A stretch of 64,000 bases of DNA, taken from Escherichia phage JEP6. Location of the stretch: sequence record MT764206.1. One strand, given 5' to 3'. The notes beneath the pieces are model-generated. The model did not search any database. It had not been told where the DNA came from and worked only from the letters and a program-made list of their open reading frames with translations. The translations under genes and the position numbers were made by a program. This document shows positions 47,486-57,235 of the stretch, piece by piece; within the stretch, counting starts at the first letter, position 1; each line of letters starts with the position of its first letter.

Positions 47486-47489
47486 AAGC

Positions 47490-47790
47490 CTTGCGGCAAC
47501 CTTGTCGGGGTTCCACCTGCTAAGGCAAGTGTTTGTACGAAACGCCGGGATTCGAACCCGGTTATTAAGTAGTTGACGCTACTCAATATTTTTAAAAGGC
47601 CATATCTCGACCATATCCGAACGTTCCGTCAAAAACGCTACTCGGCTTATGGCAAAGATATTTCCTCGAATCGATAATTCGGTGCGCCGTTTCTGCTGTG
47701 ATGTAAGAGGGCATCAATAAACGTAAAGATTATTAACGCAATTCCTTACTCAGGGAACATCAGTCCGACGACTTACCGGTAGCGACCCGG
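47490..47790 (-). ncRNA. Small stable RNA region (rnaC/rnaD-like) with tRNA-like 3' domain
   Basis: No ORF; T-arm-like CCGGGTTCGAATCCCGG on the transcript at about 47546-47565; ends at a terminator. Confidence 0.4.
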
Positions 47791-47794
47791 TTTC

Positions 47795-48145
47795 TTAATA
47801 TTCTTTTAAAGAATCAATATATTCACGGCGTTTACGCCACAAATCAATTGCTTCATACGCGGATTCAGCATTTCGAATTAGCCGGCATTTATGTAAAGAC
47901 TTATGATTTTGATATTGTGTAGATAACGGAATTGTATCTAAAAGGTCTTTACGATCAAAATATTCGTAACCATCTAAACCAAATGAACGATTTTTGAGAA
48001 ATTGCCAATGACCATATTCGTTTTCGACATAAACATAATCTGCATGCTGATAAAGCAAATTAATTACACGTTCAGAAATAACAGTATCATTATGATTAAA
48101 ATAGAATGTTAAATCATGAACTACTAAATAAACATTACCTTTCAT
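47795..48145 (-). CDS. Hypothetical protein
   Basis: ATG at 48145 with GAGGAAAAT SD; the longer track ORF would overlap tRNA-Arg. Confidence 0.5.
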   Translation of the reverse strand: MKGNVYLVVHDLTFYFNHNDTVISERVINLLYQHADYVYVENEYGHWQFLKNRSFGLDGYEYFDRKDLLDTIPLSTQYQNHKSLHKCRLIRNAESAYEAIDLWRKRREYIDSLKEY

Positions 48146-48163
48146 ATTTTCCTCACTTATAAT

Positions 48164-48240
<77 letters not shown>

Positions 48241-48243
48241 TAA

Positions 48244-48909
48244 TTAAAATTTCATTTTTCGACCTTTAAACCATCCTTCTGGAATTGGGTCAGTTTTCTT
48301 AATACGTTTAGAAACTTTTTCATCTAATGAATGAATCCACATCATACCAAATTGGGAATTCTTTTCGCCCTGTTGGTGTTTATTTCTGGCGTGAGATTCT
48401 TTCATTTTATTAATAGTTTCAGGAGTATGATGCTTATTTAAAAATCTGCTATTATTTAAAAATTTTTCCCTGTATTCAGGAGTTGACCACAAGCGTTTAA
48501 ATACATTTGAACCATGTTTACGATATTTTTCTTGAAGTAAAATATCATTTTTAAAACGTGACTTAAACGATTTAGCTCCTTTTAAACTAGCGTCTTTCTT
48601 CTGGTTTAGCATCCCAGGAATATTTATATGATCCCATCCACCTTCACCACCTAATTTCAAATTATAAACATCAGGGCGCTTTAAAAACTCTTCAGTCACA
48701 ATATTCTTTTCTGACTCAAACATAGAGGTTTTATCGTCAAAGAACTCTAATATTTCTTTAGAAAAATTTTCTATACCATACTTATCTTGGGCTCTTTTTA
48801 ATAATTTACCAGAACCCATATATCCATCATCTAAATTTTCGGTAGAATGCACACCAATATAAATTTTATTATTAATTTTATTTGTTATTTTATAAGTGTA
48901 ATGGAACAT
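48244..48909 (-). CDS. segB: GIY-YIG homing endonuclease (SegB-like) in the tRNA cluster
   Basis: HYTYKITNKINNKIYIGV GIY-YIG motif; 221 aa. Confidence 0.8.
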   Translation of the reverse strand: MFHYTYKITNKINNKIYIGVHSTENLDDGYMGSGKLLKRAQDKYGIENFSKEILEFFDDKTSMFESEKNIVTEEFLKRPDVYNLKLGGEGGWDHINIPGMLNQKKDASLKGAKSFKSRFKNDILLQEKYRKHGSNVFKRLWSTPEYREKFLNNSRFLNKHHTPETINKMKESHARNKHQQGEKNSQFGMMWIHSLDEKVSKRIKKTDPIPEGWFKGRKMKF

Positions 48910-48950
48910 AAATATCTCCTATTTCTAAGAGTATTTATGTTCCCAAAATA

Positions 48951-49022
48951 TGGCCCTGGGTGGAATTGAACCACCATCTGGCGATTATGAGTCGCTTGCT
49001 TGAACCTTCCAGCTACAGGGCC
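48951..49022 (-). tRNA. tRNA-Ile (anticodon CAT, presumably lysidine-modified)
   Basis: Perfect 7-bp acceptor GGCCCTG/CAGGGCC; T-arm GGTGG-TTCAATT-CCACC; anticodon loop CTCATAA. Confidence 0.7.
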
Positions 49023-49028
49023 TTGATA

Positions 49029-49101
49029 TGCTGATTGACGGAATCGAACCGCCGACGTCCTCATTACAAGTGAGGTGCTCTACCTACTGAGCTAAATCAG
49101 C
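49029..49101 (-). tRNA. tRNA-Thr (anticodon TGT)
   Basis: Acceptor GCTGATT/AATCAGC; anticodon loop CTTGTAA; T-loop GGTTCGATTCC. Confidence 0.8.
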
Positions 49102-49108
49102 GAAATTA

Positions 49109-49195
49109 CGGAGGCGATAGGATTTGAACCTATGAGTCGCCGGAGCGACTGCCGGTTTTCAAGACCGGTGCATTAAACCACTCTGCCACGCCTCC
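49109..49195 (-). tRNA. tRNA-Ser (anticodon TGA), long variable arm
   Basis: Acceptor GGAGGCG/CGCCTCC; anticodon loop CTTGAAA; 87 nt. Confidence 0.8.
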
Positions 49196-49197
49196 AG

Positions 49198-49271
49198 TCT
49201 CCGTGGCAGGATTTGAACCTACGACATTCTGCTCCCAAAGCAGACGCTCTACCAAACTGAGCTACACGGAG
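49198..49271 (-). tRNA. tRNA-Pro (anticodon TGG)
   Basis: Acceptor CTCCGTG/CACGGAG; anticodon loop TTTGGGA; T-loop GGTTCAAATCC. Confidence 0.8.
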
Positions 49272-49281
49272 TAAATTAAAT

Positions 49282-49355
<74 letters not shown>

Positions 49356-49360
49356 AAATT

Positions 49361-49447
49361 TGGTGCGAGAAGTGGGACTCGAACCCACAAGGAAATCATT
49401 CCGCAGCATTTTAAGTGCTGTGCCTTTACCAATTTGACCATTCTCGC
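49361..49447 (-). tRNA. tRNA-Leu (anticodon TAA), long variable arm, CCA encoded
   Basis: Acceptor GCGAGAA/TTCTCGC; anticodon loop CTTAAAA; T-loop GGTTCGAGTCC. Confidence 0.8.
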
Positions 49448-49453
49448 GTTATA

Positions 49454-50062
49454 TTATTTATTACGTGAAAAAGACTGTTCTATCAATTCTGGACACTTTC
49501 GTTCTATCCATTTTCTAGCTTTTTGTGGGCTTATACCTATTATTTTAGCAGCTTTACTAACCCATCCAAATTTAGAATAATCGATTTTAACTAATTCTTC
49601 GTAAATTTCATCAGTTAAAATCTTTTCATTAATATTTACCAGTAAATGATATAATTTGTTATCATTAGCAATTTTAATGAATCTTTTATAGTTTCCGCCT
49701 TTACTTAAACCTAATGAAGTAATTGCAGATGATATAGTAGCCGAATTTAATAATGCGTTTAAAATTTCTTCATCACTAACATTATAACGCTTTTTATTAT
49801 TTTTAATATTTTTACCAGCAAAAGTATCAGTTTGCGAGTGACAGTTTGGACATAATAATCTTAAATTTGATTTAAGATGATTTTTGTTATTTCCATCAAT
49901 ATGGTCTAATTGCAGAACAATATGCTTATTTTGCCATTTTGAAATTTTACAAATTGCACACTCATATGGAAAAATATTTTCTTTTATTATTTTGTCTTTC
50001 AGCTTTCCTGTGCTAAAATTTGGGTGTTTTCCTTCAAAAATTTCAGCTAATTTAGTATCCAT
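49454..50062 (-). CDS. HNH homing endonuclease
   Basis: LQLDHIDGNNKNHLKSNLRLLCPNCH HNH motif; ATG at 50062. Confidence 0.75.
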   Translation of the reverse strand: MDTKLAEIFEGKHPNFSTGKLKDKIIKENIFPYECAICKISKWQNKHIVLQLDHIDGNNKNHLKSNLRLLCPNCHSQTDTFAGKNIKNNKKRYNVSDEEILNALLNSATISSAITSLGLSKGGNYKRFIKIANDNKLYHLLVNINEKILTDEIYEELVKIDYSKFGWVSKAAKIIGISPQKARKWIERKCPELIEQSFSRNK

Positions 50063-50172
50063 AATATGATTCCCAATTATTAACAAAGGCTCTCAAACAA
50101 GAACCCTTGATGATAGAGGGTATTAATCAGTGCGGTACGAGTTAATAATAACAAATAATTCTTAAAGCATAT

Positions 50173-50466
50173 TTACCATTTATGATGATACATATTTACG
50201 ATGCATTCAAGACCCAAAGGATTCTTGAAAATATCATATTCAAGAGGACCTTTTTCTGTTTCAATAAAGAAATCAAAATTTACTGTATTAAATTTACGGT
50301 CTTCCTTCACTAATTTAACTTGAGAAGATGAACGGTCAATGTAAACCTTTTCAACTTCAAAACATGTTAAAATGCCATAATCATCAATCAAGGCTTTAGC
50401 AGCATCTTGATCATATTTATATCCATTTTCAACGGACGATACTTTCGCATAAAGAATCATTATCAA
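50173..50466 (-). CDS. Hypothetical protein
   Basis: 97 aa ORF. Confidence 0.5.
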   Translation of the reverse strand: MIMILYAKVSSVENGYKYDQDAAKALIDDYGILTCFEVEKVYIDRSSSQVKLVKEDRKFNTVNFDFFIETEKGPLEYDIFKNPLGLECIVNMYHHKW

Positions 50467-50843
50467 CCTTCATCAACAATAGTATGCGTATTGGCATTTA
50501 CAATTTGCCACCAATCAAATCGATTAGAACCATACATCGGTTTGTTTTCATTTTCTTTAATAATGTCACGGAGTTCATCTTCAGTGGCGGCTTTCGCGAT
50601 TAAATCAGCATATCCACCACGAGGATAATAATTATCACCTGCAAAAAGTAAAAAGTTTGGTTTAATGTTATTGAACTCTTCAAGAGTAATAACTTTTCCT
50701 GTTGGTTGAACAATCTCTACATATTTATATCCCAATTTTTGAGCAGCATCTACTGCTTCAAGCAAAGTATCATGAGCCCATCCTATTTGACAATTCGGCT
50801 TTTTAGATGGATTAGCCTGATAATCCGCGTACACTTTATACAT
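50463..50843 (-). CDS. Hypothetical protein
   Basis: ATG at 50843 (MYKVYADYQ...); about 126 aa. Confidence 0.5.
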   Translation of the reverse strand: MYKVYADYQANPSKKPNCQIGWAHDTLLEAVDAAQKLGYKYVEIVQPTGKVITLEEFNNIKPNFLLFAGDNYYPRGGYADLIAKAATEDELRDIIKENENKPMYGSNRFDWWQIVNANTHTIVDEG

Positions 50844-50844
50844 T

Positions 50845-51030
50845 CTATTCACCTTTAGAAATTTTATCCATAACAATAGCGATTAAACCAATTAAAAATG
50901 CTACTACAAGTGAAAACACGTTTTCTGCTGTAGTCAATAATCCGCATATAAATCCAACAAACATTGAAAAACTAAAAGCAGAAGCAGAAATTGCAATAGC
51001 AACATTTCGAATTAATTCACAACGTTTCAT
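50845..51030 (-). CDS. Small membrane protein
   Basis: 61 aa with two hydrophobic helices; GAGGAG SD. Confidence 0.5.
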   Translation of the reverse strand: MKRCELIRNVAIAISASAFSFSMFVGFICGLLTTAENVFSLVVAFLIGLIAIVMDKISKGE

Positions 51031-51056
51031 TTTATTCTCCTCAGTAGTTGATAGGG

Positions 51057-51088
51057 TAATAGTATCACAACTAAAACCCTATGTAAAC
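51057..51088 (-). promoter_or_regulatory. Early promoter cassette copy
   Basis: taatagtatca ... gtaaacaactttgtgaaa. Confidence 0.55.
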
Positions 51089-51106
51089 AACTTTGTGAAA
51101 TATTTA

Positions 51107-51394
51107 TTACAAAAGATTTTTAGCAATAATTTTGAGCTGAGCTACTGAAATATGCTTGGCTTTAAACAACGCAGTTTCTTCAGCAGGAGAGATAACGATT
51201 GTAGCACCATCCTTTTTAGCAGACCACCCATCGCCTAGGTAAACAGTACCTTTGATTTCTTCGCCATCAACCAGACTAATCATTGGTTTACCTTCTCGTC
51301 CTTTATTTGCTTTAATAACTTCAGAAGTAAGAGTAGCTTCGGTAATGGTAGAAACCGGGGTAGTTGTAGAAGTAAACTCTTTGAAAGTTTTCAT
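51107..51394 (-). CDS. ipI: Internal protein I (injected anti-restriction protein) precursor
   Basis: 95 aa MKTFKEFTSTTTPVSTITEATLTSE... with CTS and L-x-E cleavage site. Confidence 0.85.
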   Translation of the reverse strand: MKTFKEFTSTTTPVSTITEATLTSEVIKANKGREGKPMISLVDGEEIKGTVYLGDGWSAKKDGATIVISPAEETALFKAKHISVAQLKIIAKNLL

Positions 51395-51422
51395 TTTATT
51401 TTCCTAATTAATTTTGATGAGA

Positions 51423-51453
51423 TAATAGTATCACTACCTCATCAGCATGTAAA
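51423..51453 (-). promoter_or_regulatory. Early promoter upstream of ipI
   Basis: taatagtatca ... gtaaacaactttgtgaaa. Confidence 0.55.
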
Positions 51454-51466
51454 CAACTTTGTGAAA

Positions 51467-52163
<697 letters not shown>

Positions 52164-52164
<1 letters not shown>

Positions 52165-52877
52165 TATAGTACCTTTAGTGTATTTTTAATTTTAGAAAAA
52201 AGTTCTTCAAGAGAACCATCGTTTGTAATTACTAAATCGCCATCACGAATTGGCAATCCAGCTTCTGTAATATGTGTATCATTGGATTTTTGACCAGGAC
52301 GAACTACATGAATTACTGTAGCACCCATCGCCCTAGCCGCATCCATTTCATGATCTTGACGAGTATCAGGAACGATATAATAATCATAACCTGAGTTAAA
52401 TTTATCAAGATAATCTAAAGCAAATAATTTTACCCAATACATGCGGTCGAAGTTATTAACAATCAAATCCGTACCTAGGGCTTGCATCAGACGACGGACT
52501 GACCATTGATCTTCAATATTATTTATAACGTCAGCAATCTTATTAAATGCTACGAAATTAACTGCGTCATCAAAAACAAATACGCCTTTAATTGGGCTTT
52601 TACTATTAAGATAGCAAAATGCTTGTTCCATAATCGTAATTACTTCTAATTTAGTCAGATTTAAATTAGTCTCACGATCATAGTCAATTCCTTCAAACTC
52701 TTTACGAGTTAAGCAAGGATAGTCAGTGCTTGCTGCAAATACACCCCATGCATAAGCCAATGCATCTTTAATAGGACCAGCAAGTTGATATTTAACTGCA
52801 GAATAATTTTCCATGATAAAATCTGCAGTAGTATCTTTTCCACTACGCTTTACACCACTTAAAAAGATTAGTTTCAT
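52164..52877 (-). CDS. 1: dNMP kinase
   Basis: P-loop LSGVKRSGKDT; 237 aa. Confidence 0.9.
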
Positions 52878-52926
52878 ATGTTTCTCCTCAAATTTAGTTA
52901 AGATTATAACACATGAAACTGAAGCA

Positions 52927-53457
52927 TTAAACTTCTGCTATAATTTTGCCATCTTTTTCTACTTGAAAATACGTATAAGGAATCGTTGCTGTACATACTA
53001 AAGCCGGGTCTGAATCTTCCGTGTAGCTAAATTCTACTTCAGACAGGTCAGAAACCCAAGGCTTATAAAAATTTATTGACATCACGATTTCAGTTTTACT
53101 GTTATCTAAAATGTAAAGCGTAATGTATTCAGGACCTGTTTTTTGGGCAGTATTTTCGCCTGTAAGATAGTTACTAGTTCCTAGCATCCATTCATACATT
53201 CCTATCCACGACTTAAGTTCTTCATCAACTATAAATCTCACGATGAGTGGATCGTACTCAAATGTAACTCCTGGACGCTGTGCTCTACCTAGTCCAAACG
53301 GCCCAGTCACGGTATCAGTAACAGGTATCCTAATTCCCGGAATAGGAACTGACTGAGCATTTAAAGTAAAAGCAGATGTAGTATTACTATGCGGTATTGA
53401 TACTACAAAGTTAGTTGTATTTGCTTGGTTAAAAATTTGTTGCAGTGCTTGCGACAT
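52927..53457 (-). CDS. 3: Tail completion / sheath stabiliser
   Basis: 176 aa from the ATG at 53457 (MSQALQQIFNQ...); the track ORF has an N-terminal extension. Confidence 0.8.
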   Translation of the reverse strand: MSQALQQIFNQANTTNFVVSIPHSNTTSAFTLNAQSVPIPGIRIPVTDTVTGPFGLGRAQRPGVTFEYDPLIVRFIVDEELKSWIGMYEWMLGTSNYLTGENTAQKTGPEYITLYILDNSKTEIVMSINFYKPWVSDLSEVEFSYTEDSDPALVCTATIPYTYFQVEKDGKIIAEV

Positions 53458-53563
53458 ATATTCCTCATAATGCTTTATAAATGTTGGTGGTATAATGGGT
53501 CTAAGTCCCTTCCATTCAATTCCAATTAGAACAAACAACAGAAAAGAATGGAAGATAATAGAA

Positions 53564-54388
53564 TTAGATATTTGACCAGACTTTGTTTGCAGAGAAACGT
53601 TTTCCTTTTGAAACGAACTGCTGAAGTGGCATTAACACAACGTTCGCCCAGTCTTTCGGGGCGATTTCAACAAGGCTACCCATAATATTACCAGGTATAT
53701 ATGCCTTAATCATTTGGTCTGCACCCCTAAATCCTTTCACTTGACTCCAATCAATTTTTAATTTCGTTTTATTAGTAATAGTAGGTGTATTTGAATATTG
53801 CTTTAAAAGCTCTTCTAGAAACTGTTGACGAGCTTTAGGTGGAATATAGTGCAAGTTTAATCCATACATTAAATTATGCTTACCTAAACCAAGGTAAATT
53901 ATCAAAGGAAATTTATCCCAGTAAGGAAGAGTTTCCTTGTGTTTAGCATCATAAGCAAAAGCATATATTCGTCCCGGCTGCGGGCGAACAACTTTATGTC
54001 CTTTTACCTGCTTAATAGTTTCAGCAAACCACTTTCTGGTTTTATTATTAATTGCTGCACCTTCATTACGAATTTTATCACGCAATGTTTGCCTGAATGA
54101 ATTTATCATAAGCAGTTGTCTTTCTTGCTTATTGAGTTTATTCATTGGTTTTGATTCAAGCTTTTGAATCTTTTCAGCTGTTTTAATTCCTGAAGCATAT
54201 TTTGACATTGCCGAAGTAAACGTAGAGTATTTGATTCCTCTTTCTTCAGCAAATTGCTTTCCTGTCATTCCTTTTGCTTTGGCCTTTTTGTATTCAAGAC
54301 CTATTTGAATCCATTTCTTTTCGTTTAATGATTGCTTAACCTTTGGAACTTGGGGAGTGCTTTCATTAATTATTTGAAAAATAGCCAT
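53564..54388 (-). CDS. 2: DNA end-protector protein
   Basis: 274 aa at the conserved position. Confidence 0.8.
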   Translation of the reverse strand: MAIFQIINESTPQVPKVKQSLNEKKWIQIGLEYKKAKAKGMTGKQFAEERGIKYSTFTSAMSKYASGIKTAEKIQKLESKPMNKLNKQERQLLMINSFRQTLRDKIRNEGAAINNKTRKWFAETIKQVKGHKVVRPQPGRIYAFAYDAKHKETLPYWDKFPLIIYLGLGKHNLMYGLNLHYIPPKARQQFLEELLKQYSNTPTITNKTKLKIDWSQVKGFRGADQMIKAYIPGNIMGSLVEIAPKDWANVVLMPLQQFVSKGKRFSANKVWSNI

Positions 54389-54840
54389 TATGCCCCCTTA
54401 AAGCCAAGAGCTCGTAATCCATCTTCTGTTAGAATTCTAAATTTTATTCCACGCTTTTCAGCTAAAGATTGTGCTGCTTTCCATTTGTCAGTATTAACGG
54501 AATATGTATAAATTTCATTCATAAATCTTTTCTTCGCTGCGGTTGTTAGATGTGCTGGTTTAATTGGTGGTTGTGTTTCTTTTTTAGGCTTTATTTCAAT
54601 AAAAAATTCTTGTCCAGAAGAATCTTTCATCCAAATATCCATGAAGTATCTACGTTTTTTCCCTTCTGCATTACAAAAATAAGGAATTACTGCTGTTTCA
54701 CTACCCCATGCAATAATTTCTGGATTTTTATCTAACCATTCAAAAAAGAATTTTTCCCAATTTGATCTATACGTAATTTTTTTAGGGTCACCTCTATATT
54801 TTGATATATTTTTAGGAACCCATTTTCCAGAATATGCCAT
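54388..54840 (-). CDS. 4: Head completion protein
   Basis: 150 aa [21 protein letters not shown]... Confidence 0.8.
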   Translation of the reverse strand: MAYSGKWVPKNISKYRGDPKKITYRSNWEKFFFEWLDKNPEIIAWGSETAVIPYFCNAEGKKRRYFMDIWMKDSSGQEFFIEIKPKKETQPPIKPAHLTTAAKKRFMNEIYTYSVNTDKWKAAQSLAEKRGIKFRILTEDGLRALGFKGA

Positions 54841-54851
54841 TGGATTCTCCT

Positions 54852-54874
54852 TATAAATAGATAATATATTTATA
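54852..54874. promoter_or_regulatory. Divergent late promoters (TATAAATA on plus for gene 53; TATAAATA on minus for gene 4)
   Basis: tataaata at 54852-54859 (plus) and tatttata at 54867-54874 (reverse complement TATAAATA). Confidence 0.6.
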
Positions 54875-54887
54875 AACAGGAGGGCCC

Positions 54888-55478
54888 ATGCTCTTTACAT
54901 TTTTTGATCCGATTGAATATGCGGCCAAAACGGTGAATAAAAACGCGCCGACTATTCCTATGACAGATATTTTTAGAAACTATAAAGACTATTTCAAACG
55001 CGCTCTTGCGGGATACCGCTTACGTACTTATTATATCAAAGGTTCACCACGCCCGGAAGAATTAGCAAATGCTATATATGGAAATCCACAGTTGTATTGG
55101 GTTTTATTGATGTGTAATGATAATTATGATCCATATTATGGATGGATTACTTCGCAGGAAGCTGCTTATCAAGCATCTATACAAAAATACAAAAATGTAG
55201 GTGGAGACCAAATAGTATATCATGTGAATGAGAATGGTGAAAAATTTTATAATTTAATATCATACGATGATAATCCATATGTTTGGTATGACAAAGGCGA
55301 TAAAGCTAGAAAATATCCTCAATATGAAGGAGCACTTGCTGCGGTAGATACGTATGAAGCTGCTGTTCTTGAAAATGAAAAACTTCGTCAAATAAAAATA
55401 ATAGCAAAATCAGACATCAATTCATTTATGAACGACCTTATACGTATAATGGAGAAATCTTATGGAAATGATAAGTAA
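54888..55478 (+). CDS. 53: Baseplate wedge protein
   Basis: 196 aa; first rightward late gene. Confidence 0.85.
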   Translation: MLFTFFDPIEYAAKTVNKNAPTIPMTDIFRNYKDYFKRALAGYRLRTYYIKGSPRPEELANAIYGNPQLYWVLLMCNDNYDPYYGWITSQEAAYQASIQKYKNVGGDQIVYHVNENGEKFYNLISYDDNPYVWYDKGDKARKYPQYEGALAAVDTYEAAVLENEKLRQIKIIAKSDINSFMNDLIRIMEKSYGNDK

Positions 55479-57234
55479 TAACCTTAATTGGTTTGTTGGT
55501 GTTGTTGAAGATAGAATGGACCCATTAAAATTAGGTCGTGTTCGTGTTCGTGTGGTTGGTCTGCATCCACCTCAAAGAGCACAAGGCGACGTAATGGGTA
55601 TTCCAACTGATAAATTACCATGGATGTCAGTTATTCAACCTATAACTTCTGCAGCAATGTCTGGAATTGGAGGCTCCGTTACTGGTCCGGTAGAAGGAAC
55701 TAGAGTTTATGGTCATTTTTTAGACAAATGGAAAACTAACGGAATTGTCCTTGGCACATATGGTGGAATAGTTCGCGAAAAACCTAATAGACTTGAAGGA
55801 TTTTCTGACCCAACTGGGCAGTATCCTAGACGTCTAGGAAATGATACTAACGTATTAAACCAAGGCGGAGAAGTAGGATATGATTCGTCTTCTAACGTTA
55901 TCCAAGACAGTAATTTAGATACTGCAATAAATCCCGATGATAGACCGCTATCAGAGATTCCAACTGATGATAATCCAAATATGTCAATGGCTGAAATGCT
56001 TCGCCGTGATGAAGGATTAAGACTAAAAGTTTATTGGGATACAGAAGGATATCCGACAATTGGTATTGGTCATCTTATCATGAAGCAGCCAGTTCGTGAT
56101 ATGGCCCAAATTAATAAAGTTTTATCAAAACAAGTTGGTCGTGAAATTACTGGAAATCCAGGTTCTATTACAATGGAAGAAGCGGTAACTTTATTTGAGC
56201 GTGATTTGGCTGATATGCAACGTGACATTAAATCACATTCTAAAGTAGGACCAGTCTGGCAAGCTGTCAACCGTTCTCGTCAAATGGCGTTAGAAAATAT
56301 GGCATTTCAGATGGGTGTTGGTGGTGTAGCTAAATTTAACACAATGTTAACTGCTATGTTAGCCGGAGATTGGGAAAAAGCATATAAAGCCGGACGTGAT
56401 TCATTGTGGTATCAACAAACAAAAGGCCGTGCATCCCGTGTTACCATGATTATTCTTACAGGGAATTTGGAATCATACGGTATTGAAGTGAAAACCCCAG
56501 CTAGGTCTCTATCAGCAATGGCTGCTACTGCAGCTAAATCTTCTGACCCTGCTGACCCTCCTATTCCAAATGACTCGAGAATTTTATTCAAAGAACCAGT
56601 TTCTTCATATAAAGGTGAATATCCTTATGTGCATACAATGGAAACTGAAAGCGGACATATTCAGGAATTTGATGATACCCCTGGGCAAGAACGATATAGA
56701 TTAGTTCATCCAACTGGAACTTATGAAGAAGTATCACCGTCAGGAAGAAGAACAAGAAAAACTGTTGATAATTTGTATGATATAACAAATGCTGATGGTA
56801 ATTTTTTGGTAGCCGGTGATAAAAAGACTAACGTCGGTGGATCAGAAATTTATTACAACATGGATAATCGTTTACATCAAATCGATGGAAGCAATACGAT
56901 ATTTGTTCGAGGAGATGAAACGAAAACTGTTGAAGGTAATGGAACTATCCTAGTTAAAGGTAATGTTAAAGTAGTTATTCAAGGAACAGCAGATATAACC
57001 GTTGAACAGGAAGCATACATAACTGTTGAAAAAGACACGACTGTTAATGTTAACCAAAACGCAGACATAAGTGTTAAAAATAAAGCAACTGTTAATGCTG
57101 AAAATATGGATGTCAACGTTGAGCAAGATTTAAATTTTTCAGCGACAAATATTAATTTAAGTGCATCTAATACTGTTCATATGGATGGCGGGGTTCTTTC
57201 TAAAGTATCAGGTGGAAACGTACAGGTTGGTTAA
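55462..57234 (+). CDS. 5: Baseplate hub / tail-associated lysozyme (cell-puncturing spike)
   Basis: MEMISNNLNWFVGVVED...; lysozyme domain MAEMLRRDEGLRLKVYWDTEGYPTIGIGH; C-terminal beta-helix shorter and divergent from recalled T4. Confidence 0.9.
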   Translation: MEMISNNLNWFVGVVEDRMDPLKLGRVRVRVVGLHPPQRAQGDVMGIPTDKLPWMSVIQPITSAAMSGIGGSVTGPVEGTRVYGHFLDKWKTNGIVLGTYGGIVREKPNRLEGFSDPTGQYPRRLGNDTNVLNQGGEVGYDSSSNVIQDSNLDTAINPDDRPLSEIPTDDNPNMSMAEMLRRDEGLRLKVYWDTEGYPTIGIGHLIMKQPVRDMAQINKVLSKQVGREITGNPGSITMEEAVTLFERDLADMQRDIKSHSKVGPVWQAVNRSRQMALENMAFQMGVGGVAKFNTMLTAMLAGDWEKAYKAGRDSLWYQQTKGRASRVTMIILTGNLESYGIEVKTPARSLSAMAATAAKSSDPADPPIPNDSRILFKEPVSSYKGEYPYVHTMETESGHIQEFDDTPGQERYRLVHPTGTYEEVSPSGRRTRKTVDNLYDITNADGNFLVAGDKKTNVGGSEIYYNMDNRLHQIDGSNTIFVRGDETKTVEGNGTILVKGNVKVVIQGTADITVEQEAYITVEKDTTVNVNQNADISVKNKATVNAENMDVNVEQDLNFSATNINLSASNTVHMDGGVLSKVSGGNVQVG

Positions 57235-57235
57235 T

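Noticed and set aside
48951-49022. tRNA-Met call for the CAT-anticodon tRNA
   Set aside because: T-even phages carry an AUA-decoding tRNA-Ile with a modified CAU anticodon and no initiator features are evident; called tRNA-Ile, though this cannot be proven from sequence alone.
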